Virus record (IMG/VR): IMGVR_UViG_3300020438_005287
Location: 5,661-69,660 of that record
Source of the DNA: a virus
Reading direction: 5' to 3' (one strand)
DNA: 64,000 nt
Part shown: positions 8,619-18,371 of the stretch, piece after piece
How the letters are laid out: each line of letters begins with the position of its first letter
Numbering within the stretch: position 1 is the stretch's first letter
Position numbers and translations under genes: made by a program
The notes under the pieces: generated by a model
Told to the model about the DNA's origin: nothing
Seen by the model: only the letters and a program-made list of their open reading frames with translations
Database searches by the model: none

Positions 8619-9727
8619 GTTTCTATTTTTTCTTTCAATTCAATTAAAGAAGGAATAGTATTGTAAATATCAACATGCAATTTATCTTCTGCATAATCTA
8701 AATATTTTATCAATTTTGTTATTGTATTTTTGTGCGGCTTAATATCTTTCAATATTGCATTACATAAATTCTGCATATTTTTTTGAGAATCATAATTTTT
8801 TGAACGAATTTTTTTAACTACATTTTCTCGCATTGCCATAGGCAAATTATACAATGTCATGTAATCTGGTTGAGTACAGATTGTATAATTAAATAAACAT
8901 TCTTGTCTTACCATCTGTAATTTTTTATTAAACCATTCTAAGTAATCATATAAACCTAAAGTATTGATCACAGTAAAAGTAGGGACTACCCTGATAATCC
9001 AATCTTTATGTAGTTCTTGACTAAATTTTAAAATATTTTTTTCTACAGTTTTCCAATTACTTTTTACTCTTTGTATTTCATTCCACGAATTTACTCCATC
9101 AATACTACAATGTAATCTTCCAGTTTTATATTGATTAAGTTTCTGGATAATTTCATCATCACACAAACTTACATTTGTGATAAATTTTAAATCTAAAGTG
9201 CAAGGAATATTGTCTAAAAGTGTAAAAAGTTGTTTTTTATTGTAAAATGGCTCTCCTCCTGCCAAACTAATAGATTTTAAATTTACACAATCACTTATAA
9301 AATTCATTATCTTGTTGAATTTAGTAGGTTCCCTCATCCAACTCACGTGTGGATTAGGATTTTTATTAATCTTTCCCCAAAGATGGCTGTCACGTTCGCC
9401 ACACATAAGACAAGTGTAATTACAAACATTTCCAATTCTCAAGTCAATATATTCTACTTGCCTTGGATCTAATTCAGCTGTAATTTTATTTTTTATCGGC
9501 CACATGGTATTCATGTTATCTTTGTGGCTTGCAAACAGATTGCCTATATCAAAACAAGCTGTTTTACATCCTTGGATAATTTTTCCTTGTAATATTTCTT
9601 GCCTACCTTTAACCAAACTATCTGCATTATAATGCCATCCAATAGGATCTCTACTAACACAACAATAAGAAAATTCTCCTGTATTTTTTATTTGAACTGT
9701 GGTCCAAGGTGCGCTACAAAAAGTCAT
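8615..9727 (-). CDS. Radical SAM protein with N-terminal Twitch-like domain
   Basis: CSAPW...YCC...CKTAC, then CNYTCLMC, GGEP and SIDG. Confidence 0.92.
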   Translation of the reverse strand: MTFCSAPWTTVQIKNTGEFSYCCVSRDPIGWHYNADSLVKGRQEILQGKIIQGCKTACFDIGNLFASHKDNMNTMWPIKNKITAELDPRQVEYIDLRIGNVCNYTCLMCGERDSHLWGKINKNPNPHVSWMREPTKFNKIMNFISDCVNLKSISLAGGEPFYNKKQLFTLLDNIPCTLDLKFITNVSLCDDEIIQKLNQYKTGRLHCSIDGVNSWNEIQRVKSNWKTVEKNILKFSQELHKDWIIRVVPTFTVINTLGLYDYLEWFNKKLQMVRQECLFNYTICTQPDYMTLYNLPMAMRENVVKKIRSKNYDSQKNMQNLCNAILKDIKPHKNTITKLIKYLDYAEDKLHVDIYNTIPSLIELKEKIET

Positions 9728-11136
9728 AAATCTTTTAAAAGTGGAAAAATATTATCAAATTTAGAAGTCCACCCTCTTTGCTGATTTATTGTAGCGATCC
9801 ATTCTCTTGTTTCAGGTAACCGTTCACTCCAATCTTCAGAATTCATAAAATTTATTATACCATTAAATCTTTTAATGCCATAAGGAGCATTTTTCCATGT
9901 CTCTAAATTTATGTTTGCTTGTGACACTCCTGTAAATTTGTCATAATTATCAATTAACCAAGGAAAAAATTCATAAAGGTATTTATTGGAAATTTTTTCC
10001 TTAAGATTTTTCGGTAATACTTTTACATTTAACTGCGGGGGCCAATATGCAAAGTGCATATTAATTCCACCGGCTCCTAGTGGCCATTTGTTTATTTTTT
10101 GGAAATTTTGGTTGACCTTCCATTTTACTAACTCTGGTATATAACCTATATTTAATGCCATAATAGTAGTAGCTATAGTCACTTCTATTTTATCATTAGT
10201 TTTATCTAATTTCCAAAAAACATCCTCTTGATGTTTCCAATTTGAGGGATAACGAATATAATCATTTTGTTTCCCGTAAGCATCAATTGAATAATGGAAT
10301 CTCACTCTTTTAAATTCATTCCATAAATCAAACAAATCATCTCTCCATTCAACTGCATTACTATTATAGCGCAATTCAATATTTTTAGCATAATTTTTCC
10401 TGACGCATTCTTCTAATAAACTATAATGCTCATCTATAATTAAACTTTCTCCACCAGCAAAATATAATTGATACATATGCGGTATTTGTTGCATTAAATC
10501 GTCCCAAAACAAAGGGTTGTTCTTATGCCAATTATATGACGAACCATGTGATAAACCTTTATTATCCCAACTTTGATTCTTTATTAGCCTATTATTTTTT
10601 AATTTAGGAAAAATCTGTGTCCAATCCTTGATCCATCCAGACGAATCATGTGGTGAACACATTACACAAGCAAGCTGGCATTTACTGCCCATACGTAGAT
10701 CGATATATCTAATTTTAGGCTCTACAACACCATCAATTGATGTTTCAGATACAAGTTGCTGTATATCATATCTTTTACTCCAGTAATCTGTTTCCCAATT
10801 ACGTTTTGATATGTGGCCTGCTGCTTCTTCTTTATAACATTTGATACAACTTTCTGGTTGTTTTCCTTGCAACATTAATTTACGCACATTTCTCATATAA
10901 CCACTATTCCAAGCATCAGCCAATCTTGTGTTGTTAAAATTTACAGATTCTCCTTTATCATTCTTCAACACACCAACCTCACCTCCCCCCGATTTTTTAG
11001 TAGAGTTTGGATCTTGTACAGAACTTGCATTAGATGTACAACAGGTTCTCATTTTTCCATCTGGCCTACTTGATAGATGTATCCAAGGTAGAATACAAAA
11101 AGTTGGTGAAATTTCATTTTTAGGTAATTTACTCAT
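9724..11136 (-). CDS. Radical SAM protein with N-terminal Twitch-like domain
   Basis: FCILPWIH...RTCC...CIKCY, then CQLACVMC, GGES and SIDA..YIRYPS. Start placed at ATG 11136. Confidence 0.93.
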   Translation of the reverse strand: MSKLPKNEISPTFCILPWIHLSSRPDGKMRTCCTSNASSVQDPNSTKKSGGGEVGVLKNDKGESVNFNNTRLADAWNSGYMRNVRKLMLQGKQPESCIKCYKEEAAGHISKRNWETDYWSKRYDIQQLVSETSIDGVVEPKIRYIDLRMGSKCQLACVMCSPHDSSGWIKDWTQIFPKLKNNRLIKNQSWDNKGLSHGSSYNWHKNNPLFWDDLMQQIPHMYQLYFAGGESLIIDEHYSLLEECVRKNYAKNIELRYNSNAVEWRDDLFDLWNEFKRVRFHYSIDAYGKQNDYIRYPSNWKHQEDVFWKLDKTNDKIEVTIATTIMALNIGYIPELVKWKVNQNFQKINKWPLGAGGINMHFAYWPPQLNVKVLPKNLKEKISNKYLYEFFPWLIDNYDKFTGVSQANINLETWKNAPYGIKRFNGIINFMNSEDWSERLPETREWIATINQQRGWTSKFDNIFPLLKDL

Positions 11137-11143
11137 ATTGAAT

Positions 11144-12211
11144 TCACGAAAATTGTTCAGTGAAGGGATCAAATTCTATGCCACATTTTACAGCACAAAC
11201 TTTTAATTTTCCATTATCACAAGATTTTATTTTCCAACTTTTTTCTATTTTGTCAAAAATACCAGAATCAAATACATTTTTTAATCCATTCTTTGCATTT
11301 ATACTATCTTTATCATCAATAAATTTCCAAATTTGCTCAATCTTTGGATCATTATGCCACCATTTATACATCCTACCAGCAGTCCAACAGCAGGGCAAAG
11401 CTAATCCTTCTGCAGTAATAAATAAACTACCTATTTTTTTTACCTTACAATTTATCGGTACAGTGTCATAATACAAATCCATAGAATGGTGTTTTTGTAC
11501 AAGTTGATTAATTTTAGACAACGCTGAATTTTGATATTTTTTTTCCGGTTTAGTAAGATTAAATATATTTTTACCTTTTTTATTAATAGATTGGTGAGAA
11601 TCTTTTGGTTCCAAATTAGAAGTAACAAATCTTCCTGTTTTTTTAATTTGAAAACGTTCACAACCCCATTTATCTGCCATATCTTTTGCTTGTTCTATTT
11701 GATGTTGATTGTGTTCAAATACTATGTAATCCCAACGTGCTCTTCCTCCTGCACCTATAAATGCTTTCACATTTTGTTCTATATTTTCCCATAATACTCC
11801 TTGGCGATAAAGATGATTTGTATCTTGAAGTCCATCAATAGAAAAAATTACTGCAGCTGAACCACGTAACACTTTTGCAAGATCTTTCCACCAATTCTTG
11901 TCTCTTGCTCCGCCATTTGTGTTCATCGATAACCACATTGTTTTATTAGTTGTGCGAAAATAATCAAATATTTCTAAAGTATCGTTAGCAATAATAGGAT
12001 CTCCTAGATTGCCACACATATACATTGTGTTTAATTGCATTATAAACTTTTTATCAAATATTTTTTTACAATCTTGTAATGAAAGTTCATCTAAATTTAT
12101 ATGCGGATTTATCTTACCTCCATTTTGATTTCTATCACACATAGGGCAGCTAGCTTGACATTTTTGTGTCACTTCTAAATGTATTTGCTTGATATCAGAA
12201 TATTTGTACAA
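11144..12211 (-). CDS. Radical SAM protein with C-terminal SPASM/Twitch-like domain (CGxxGDP variant)
   Basis: CQASCPMC, MCGNLGDP in place of GGEP, TNGG, FSIDGL, and C-terminal C...PCCW...CAVKC. TTG start. Confidence 0.92.
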   Translation of the reverse strand: MYKYSDIKQIHLEVTQKCQASCPMCDRNQNGGKINPHINLDELSLQDCKKIFDKKFIMQLNTMYMCGNLGDPIIANDTLEIFDYFRTTNKTMWLSMNTNGGARDKNWWKDLAKVLRGSAAVIFSIDGLQDTNHLYRQGVLWENIEQNVKAFIGAGGRARWDYIVFEHNQHQIEQAKDMADKWGCERFQIKKTGRFVTSNLEPKDSHQSINKKGKNIFNLTKPEKKYQNSALSKINQLVQKHHSMDLYYDTVPINCKVKKIGSLFITAEGLALPCCWTAGRMYKWWHNDPKIEQIWKFIDDKDSINAKNGLKNVFDSGIFDKIEKSWKIKSCDNGKLKVCAVKCGIEFDPFTEQFS

Positions 12212-13153
12212 TTAAAAAACCTTGTTATGGTATAAATCAATGTAGCAGGTATTATCAATTTTTTGCCATCTATCAAATATTTTTTGAAGTTTATGATCTG
12301 AATGCATAGCAGTAAGTGGACAAAACATAGGAGTATTATCTATTATTTCATGTACTTCATATTGATTTAATTTAGCATGATTATAAAAAGGATTCATATC
12401 TTTAACTGCTAGTAAACGTTCAACTTCTATACAAAATTTATCAAATCTATCACTTGTATCATTGTCAAAATCATAATTGATGTAAGGATTGAGCGTCACT
12501 CCTAGTTTAGCTATTCGTTTATACATACCTGGATAACCCAAAACAAGATTAGGCTTAGCAAGTAAAAAAGGTCTCCAAGTTTTTTCAGTAATAAACTTGT
12601 AAAATTTCATTTCACTATAGCTACCAGTTTCTATACCGAATTCCCAATGGGTCTTAAAATATTCTGAACAAAGAGGAAATCTAGATGTTTTTTTTAAATT
12701 ATTTTTATGACGATATGCAAAATTATAATAACTTTTGTGTAAAAATTTTTCTATAAAGTTATACCATAATCTCCTATAAATTGTGTCTTTGCCAATAAGA
12801 GTTATGAATTTTTTCTGCGGTGTATATTCAAAATTATTGATATCATACAATGTATCTATAAAATATTTACATCTATGTAAATGCCATGTAGGTAGCATAA
12901 ACAAATTTCCAAACTGATTTTGCTCACTACTACTACATATTATAATATTATTACGTAAAAAAGATGCAGTGACGCCATATCTATGTTGGAAATGTTCCCA
13001 AGGTTCGTTTGGGATGAAAACAAATTTATTTAGGCGGCAAAAGTTTTTTAGCCTTTTTATATTATATCCAAGTTTACCAATAATAAATGAATTTAATATT
13101 CCTATATCATCTCTAATATTGTGTATATTTACATATCCATATATATCACTCAT
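12212..13153 (-). CDS. Hypothetical protein, putative glycosyltransferase (GT10-like TEK motif)
   Basis: IET...FITEKTWRPFLLAKP..VLG...NYDFD...RF; related to the C-terminus of 18372-19691. Confidence 0.45.
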   Translation of the reverse strand: MSDIYGYVNIHNIRDDIGILNSFIIGKLGYNIKRLKNFCRLNKFVFIPNEPWEHFQHRYGVTASFLRNNIIICSSSEQNQFGNLFMLPTWHLHRCKYFIDTLYDINNFEYTPQKKFITLIGKDTIYRRLWYNFIEKFLHKSYYNFAYRHKNNLKKTSRFPLCSEYFKTHWEFGIETGSYSEMKFYKFITEKTWRPFLLAKPNLVLGYPGMYKRIAKLGVTLNPYINYDFDNDTSDRFDKFCIEVERLLAVKDMNPFYNHAKLNQYEVHEIIDNTPMFCPLTAMHSDHKLQKIFDRWQKIDNTCYIDLYHNKVF

Positions 13154-13616
13154 GTAATTCAACTTTTATACGGGAAAATCCTAATTTATGAGTATAGTAT
13201 ACATACTTATATTTTGTATTAACAAATGTGCCGCCTGGTTTGATTAAAGATAAATTATATACGATAGCTGCATTATTTTGTTTATTTTTTGTTATTTTAA
13301 GAAAACTTTTATAACTGTTTTTTACACAGGAAAAAAGATGAAATCCACAAAAAAAGATATTTTCATATCCTAATTTATTTAAATTTAATTGCCATTGTTT
13401 ATCATAAATGTTACCATCAAATAAGTCAATATATTGAGTTATAGGATCCCAAGATAAATGGTATATATGATAGGAAAATTTATTTTTAATTTGACATAGT
13501 TGTATTTGTAAAAATGTTGCAAAGGCATTGCATTCCTGCTGCCAAAAAGGAAATTTATTTGTATCTTCAAATAAACATTTTTCCCATGCATCAACAACAA
13601 TCACACAAGTTTTCAT
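13146..13616 (-). CDS. Isochorismatase/cysteine-hydrolase-like protein
   Basis: N-terminal VIVVD and later FFCGFHLFSCV (G-x5-CV). Confidence 0.5.
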   Translation of the reverse strand: MKTCVIVVDAWEKCLFEDTNKFPFWQQECNAFATFLQIQLCQIKNKFSYHIYHLSWDPITQYIDLFDGNIYDKQWQLNLNKLGYENIFFCGFHLFSCVKNSYKSFLKITKNKQNNAAIVYNLSLIKPGGTFVNTKYKYVYYTHKLGFSRIKVELHE

Positions 13617-13831
13617 AATATTAACTTTATGTCTTTGGCGGGGCCAATTTCAGATGGTAATCCACCGTATTGATCTATGTACCATTTAATTACTGCTTTA
13701 TACCAATTTTGACTATTATGATGTGCCTGTTGGTTAAATGTATATATATTTTTATTTGTAGCTTGTATAACAAATAGTGCTTTTGCACTTTCTTGTTGTA
13801 ATTTTCTTAATGAAAGTTTATTTATATCCAA
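13613..13831 (-). CDS. Small hypothetical protein (72 aa)
   Basis: Fills the gap exactly; ATAA overlap with the next gene; TTG start overlapping the end of the upstream gene. Confidence 0.65.
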   Translation of the reverse strand: MDINKLSLRKLQQESAKALFVIQATNKNIYTFNQQAHHNSQNWYKAVIKWYIDQYGGLPSEIGPAKDIKLIL

Positions 13832-14501
13832 TCCGCATAAATCTATTATATTGTTTTAACTCCAACACACCTTCATAAATGACTCTATCTAATGGCGTTT
13901 GATCTGCAAATTCATAAAGATTACTAACACAATTGACATGTTGATCACAATTAACAAAATCGTTAGATTGTAATACACATAGGGTTCGACTCGGAATGCG
14001 CCAGAACCACTGTTCAAAATTTGTTATATGTTCACAACTTGTATTTATAATTGTATCTGGCATTTCTGTCAAAGTTAAACTTGTACCATTTCTCCTAAAA
14101 GTTTTATAGGTGGTGGGAAATTCCATAGTACAAATATCTAACGTACTAGCTTTAAATTGCCAACCATTAATGACGAATGGACGATTAATATTATCAGCTA
14201 TTTCAGCGCATCCTGGATCTATGTCAAACGACCGTATTTTATTAAATTTTTTAGATACCTTTTGAAACATAAGATTAGCTAGTGTACCATACCAGCCAGC
14301 GCAAATAAATATCAAATTTAAATTATCTGGTAGATTTTCAATTAACCACAACTTACTCTTAAGTTGTCCAATAGAATATGCATCTATTAAATATTCTTCT
14401 GTTTCTGGAAACAGATCTAATGTTCGTTTTATTTGAGATATAGTTACATTTTCTGGATATAAAAATTCTAACCCATTCAAAATTTTAATTGTACTTTTCA
14501 T
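13818..14501 (-). CDS. Putative class I SAM-dependent methyltransferase
   Basis: Gly-rich FICAGWYG, acidic IRSFDID, and DTIINTSCEH in the motif IV position. Confidence 0.65.
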   Translation of the reverse strand: MKSTIKILNGLEFLYPENVTISQIKRTLDLFPETEEYLIDAYSIGQLKSKLWLIENLPDNLNLIFICAGWYGTLANLMFQKVSKKFNKIRSFDIDPGCAEIADNINRPFVINGWQFKASTLDICTMEFPTTYKTFRRNGTSLTLTEMPDTIINTSCEHITNFEQWFWRIPSRTLCVLQSNDFVNCDQHVNCVSNLYEFADQTPLDRVIYEGVLELKQYNRFMRIGYK

Positions 14502-16134
14502 AAACTTCTTTCAACCAATCAAAATCGTTAATTTTTTGTAGTGCTATGATGTTTCCTTGGTTATTGTATCCATATTCTCTACCCGCTGTGGCACCTAATA
14601 TAGCATGTTGTCCATATGGTTTATCTTCACCAACTGTACACCATATATTTAATCTATCTTCTGTTTCTTGATTTTTTTGTCGATCGATAACTTTTGAAGC
14701 TAATTTACAACATTCCCTAAAAGCTGATTTCCAGGTATTAAATGGATCTGTATTGAAAGTTGTTATATTAGAAATTGTGTTCATTGCTTTAAACTTGTCT
14801 GTAATACTAGTAGTCATGTCTGGTTTTGATAAATCCATATCTACTGTAAGTTGCCTTGGAAATAATTTTACTCCACCATATCCGTAAACTAAATTATTAA
14901 TAGGATTCTTTGATCTCCACACATGTACAGCATCTCGATCCCATCTTTCAACAAAATATTCAAAATTAAATTCATCTACAATTACAGCATCAGCATCGAC
15001 AATCCAAAACATGTCTCTAGAACATATTTTTGCAGCTTCTATGTGCGCTTGATGTATGCCTTTTACACCATGTATCCTTTTTGCAGCAGGATATTTTTTT
15101 AAAAGCTGGTGAAAATTTTGATCTGCAAAAGATTCATTGTAACTTATAAAAACAACATCATACGGTTTATGTTTGCTAACTACAATGTTGTGTTGTTTTT
15201 TATTTACAATATGCCGGAATGCAATTTCTCGTTCACTTACAGGTATATGTTTTGAAAATAAGAAAACACCGTTTTCCTTTTTTTCATTGTTGCATATATT
15301 TTGGAATGCGTGATTTATGTGTCTTTCATAATGAAATTCATCTGTACGATAATTATAATATAAATCAAATTCAAAATTATCTGATATAATATCACTACTA
15401 ATACTCCAAAAAAGTTCAGTTTTAGTATTTTTCAATGCGTGTTTATAATCTGTATAATTATCAATCGTAAATTTATCATAATATTTTTGAGTGCTAGTTA
15501 CAATAGGCCATTCTTTCCTAGATACTATGTGCCGATACTCGATTTCATTTTTAGTAATGGGTTTGTGTTTTGATAATAAAAAAAGTCCATCATACTTTTG
15601 TTCACCCTGTATATCATGTAAAAAAACGTGATTTTCGCAACGATTGTATCTGTCACTAACTGGAAAATATAAATCAAAATTATATCCTGTTGTATCTATA
15701 TTAATGCTATCTGCCCAAAATATTTCTGTAGTACTATTGTTTAAAGCATGCAAATAATCATCATATGTATCTATACAAAATTTATCATATGGCTTTGGAT
15801 TACTAGCAACTATATCCACTTCTTTCTTACGAACTAAAAATCTGTGTTCTATTTCTTTTTTAGATACTTTGTAATTTTTTGATGCTAACCAAATACCATC
15901 ATTATATTGTTTATTTAAAAATACATGTGATATGTCTTGACTTCCTTCATCTGGTTCATAATCAAAATCAAAATTATCGTTTACACAGACATCTGACCAA
16001 ATACACCAGAAAAATTTTGTTATTGCTTGCCAGTTTGCATCATCAAAACTATCTGCCTGTTTAATCGTAAAAAATTTTTCTTTTAATTTATAAAATTGTT
16101 GATCTTTTTTACCAATATAGAATATATCAAACAT
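14485..16134 (-). CDS. GT-A-type glycosyltransferase with three N-terminal degenerate repeats
   Basis: C-terminal domain YDVVFISYNE...AH..AA...FWIVDADA (DxD)...YGYGGVKLFP; paralogous to 24941-25864. Confidence 0.75.
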   Translation of the reverse strand: MFDIFYIGKKDQQFYKLKEKFFTIKQADSFDDANWQAITKFFWCIWSDVCVNDNFDFDYEPDEGSQDISHVFLNKQYNDGIWLASKNYKVSKKEIEHRFLVRKKEVDIVASNPKPYDKFCIDTYDDYLHALNNSTTEIFWADSINIDTTGYNFDLYFPVSDRYNRCENHVFLHDIQGEQKYDGLFLLSKHKPITKNEIEYRHIVSRKEWPIVTSTQKYYDKFTIDNYTDYKHALKNTKTELFWSISSDIISDNFEFDLYYNYRTDEFHYERHINHAFQNICNNEKKENGVFLFSKHIPVSEREIAFRHIVNKKQHNIVVSKHKPYDVVFISYNESFADQNFHQLLKKYPAAKRIHGVKGIHQAHIEAAKICSRDMFWIVDADAVIVDEFNFEYFVERWDRDAVHVWRSKNPINNLVYGYGGVKLFPRQLTVDMDLSKPDMTTSITDKFKAMNTISNITTFNTDPFNTWKSAFRECCKLASKVIDRQKNQETEDRLNIWCTVGEDKPYGQHAILGATAGREYGYNNQGNIIALQKINDFDWLKEVYEKYN

Positions 16135-17353
16135 TCAACCTTGTGTTGCCATAATGTACCACTGTGCACTTGCTATTTTGATAACTTCTCCACGGATCAA
16201 CAACTATTGACCCATCTGGAATTATACAATACAAATCATCTTTTTCTGCTTGTTTAAGATATTTATATGTTACTGTACTCCTATGTGCTAACAAAAACAC
16301 ACACGGTTCTTTAGGTTGAAAAATATCACCAGTACAAGGATCAACATAAGTCGGTTTGCATCCTAGTTGTTTACAATAATACCCTACTAATACGCTATAA
16401 CTACCATCGCAAAAAGGCACTTTTGGCTTATAAGCTTTGCCATGTATTACAATTTGTAAATTTGATCCTTTGCTTAATTCTACTAACTTTTTTGCTAAAT
16501 TTTCTGCTTGTATTTCGCGAGCATTCATTATACTATCAAAAAGATCATAACCTAAATTTAAATTATCACTCATCCAACGTAATGCAATATTATCTCTAGG
16601 ATGACATGCTCCTCCGTCACCCATTCCTGCAGTCATATATTGCGGACCCATAATTCTTTGCGAGCTTTTAGCAAGTGCATCTGTCACAATATCAACATTT
16701 ATATTACCCTGTGATTCAGCTACATCCTGTATCATATTTACAAGGCTTAATTTTGCACTAATAAAAGTATTATAAAATATTTTTATACACTCGCACTCAT
16801 CCCATGTACCTACCACATAACGAGGATTGTTTTCCATCATAGATTCATAAAACTCTGACAATCTTTTTGCAATACCTGTAATGGACCCATTTTGAGTGCC
16901 AATCATTACCATTTCAGGATTAACCATATCCCATGCTACTGAACCCATAGCTATAAGATAAGGATTATAAATAAATTCTGTATTTGTAGTAAACTCTATC
17001 AACTCCCTACGTACAGTACCAGGTAACACTGTACTGATCAATACCAACAATTGATTTTTGCCCATCCATTTATTTGCTTCTGCTAATACCTCTTTAACAA
17101 CATCATATGAAAAATCCTTTGATTGTAAATGGGCAACAGGAGTGCTGCCATCATAATTTTTATCATGTGGTGTTGGCACAGCAACAAATACAATCTCTTT
17201 GTTTTTTACAACAAGTTCTATATTTTTTACAGTATCAAAAAATTTACTTTTAGTTAGATTTATATCATAACCTTCTACTTCATGCCCTTTTTTTGCAATA
17301 ACTTCCGCACAGGGCATTCCTAACTTGCCTAAACCAATAAAACCTATTCGCAT
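16127..17353 (-). CDS. ugd: UDP-glucose/GDP-mannose 6-dehydrogenase family protein
   Basis: GLGKLG Rossmann motif, FVAVPTP, STVLPGT, ECIKIFYNTFIS, catalytic GDGGACHPRD, and AYKP. Confidence 0.93.
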   Translation of the reverse strand: MRIGFIGLGKLGMPCAEVIAKKGHEVEGYDINLTKSKFFDTVKNIELVVKNKEIVFVAVPTPHDKNYDGSTPVAHLQSKDFSYDVVKEVLAEANKWMGKNQLLVLISTVLPGTVRRELIEFTTNTEFIYNPYLIAMGSVAWDMVNPEMVMIGTQNGSITGIAKRLSEFYESMMENNPRYVVGTWDECECIKIFYNTFISAKLSLVNMIQDVAESQGNINVDIVTDALAKSSQRIMGPQYMTAGMGDGGACHPRDNIALRWMSDNLNLGYDLFDSIMNAREIQAENLAKKLVELSKGSNLQIVIHGKAYKPKVPFCDGSYSVLVGYYCKQLGCKPTYVDPCTGDIFQPKEPCVFLLAHRSTVTYKYLKQAEKDDLYCIIPDGSIVVDPWRSYQNSKCTVVHYGNTRLNV

Positions 17354-17354
17354 G

Positions 17355-18338
17355 CTATTCCTTCAATAATTTCCAATAATTAATTAAAAAATTTGCCCAT
17401 AAAAAGTGACACTCAGCATTTGGATGATATCCATGTAAAGGACTTGATTTCAAATGTTCGTTAAATTTCTCTAATCTTTTAAATTCTTCAATAATCTCCT
17501 GTCGATCGTAACGAAAATTTTTATATATCCTATATGTTTTATCAAACCACCCTACTTCATTGCAATATGGTAATTCAAAATTCCTTCCTAATATCAGAGC
17601 TGAAAATTGTGTCCAAGGTGTATCACAAATATGTATATTTGGAAAAAATTTATTATATTTTTTTTGTGTACCTATAAAATTATTAAAATTTTTCCACATA
17701 AATAATTTCATATTTGGAATTCTATCTTGAATTTTTGACACACCAGATATTATCATATGTTCATACATACGGAAAAAATCTTCAAGTTCATAAAGATTAT
17801 CTACTGTTTTTTCGTTATTATACAATACATCAAAATTAGGTAAATTATAATCTTTCAATATTCCGGTGTAATCTCTGCCAGGAGATGTTATCTGATATAA
17901 AACAAATATTTTTTTAAATTTTTTAAAATCTTCAGAAAACTCTGTAACTAATCCATCAAAATTACATAACATATTTTCATTACTGTTTCCTGGGTAACTA
18001 GAAATTAAAATGTTAGTATTTAACATGTGTGCAATTGTACCCCAAAAACAATGTTTTACTCTTATATCTATATTATCTTGCATTTTAGGACTACAAATAA
18101 TGTCAGTTCCTATTATATTTTCGCCCCAACTCCAACTTTCTCCACTTACAAACAATAAGTTCTCGCAATCACCATAATCTATATACATTTCCGTGTTAGG
18201 AGCTATATTGTTAGGATGGTATTTGGCTTGTCTTACATAAACTTTTGGCGTTTCTTTACGGCTAAATAATGCTGATAGACTTTTTTTATTTTTTACAATT
18301 TTTAAAATATGTGTATTAAAATTATTGATATTTAACAT
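17355..18338 (-). CDS. SGNH/GDSL hydrolase-like protein
   Basis: VSGESWSWG, PGNSN, QITSPGRD and C-terminal GYHPNAECHFLWA. Confidence 0.5.
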   Translation of the reverse strand: MLNINNFNTHILKIVKNKKSLSALFSRKETPKVYVRQAKYHPNNIAPNTEMYIDYGDCENLLFVSGESWSWGENIIGTDIICSPKMQDNIDIRVKHCFWGTIAHMLNTNILISSYPGNSNENMLCNFDGLVTEFSEDFKKFKKIFVLYQITSPGRDYTGILKDYNLPNFDVLYNNEKTVDNLYELEDFFRMYEHMIISGVSKIQDRIPNMKLFMWKNFNNFIGTQKKYNKFFPNIHICDTPWTQFSALILGRNFELPYCNEVGWFDKTYRIYKNFRYDRQEIIEEFKRLEKFNEHLKSSPLHGYHPNAECHFLWANFLINYWKLLKE

Positions 18339-18352
18339 GTTACCTTATAAGA

Positions 18353-18360
18353 TATTTAGC
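18353..18360 (-). promoter_or_regulatory. Candidate late promoter GCTAAATA
   Basis: Minus strand reads GCTAAATA-TCTTAT-AAGG-TAAC-ATG(18338); it would restart minus-strand transcription after the inverted gene. Confidence 0.5.
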
Positions 18361-18371
18361 ATACTCTCAAT

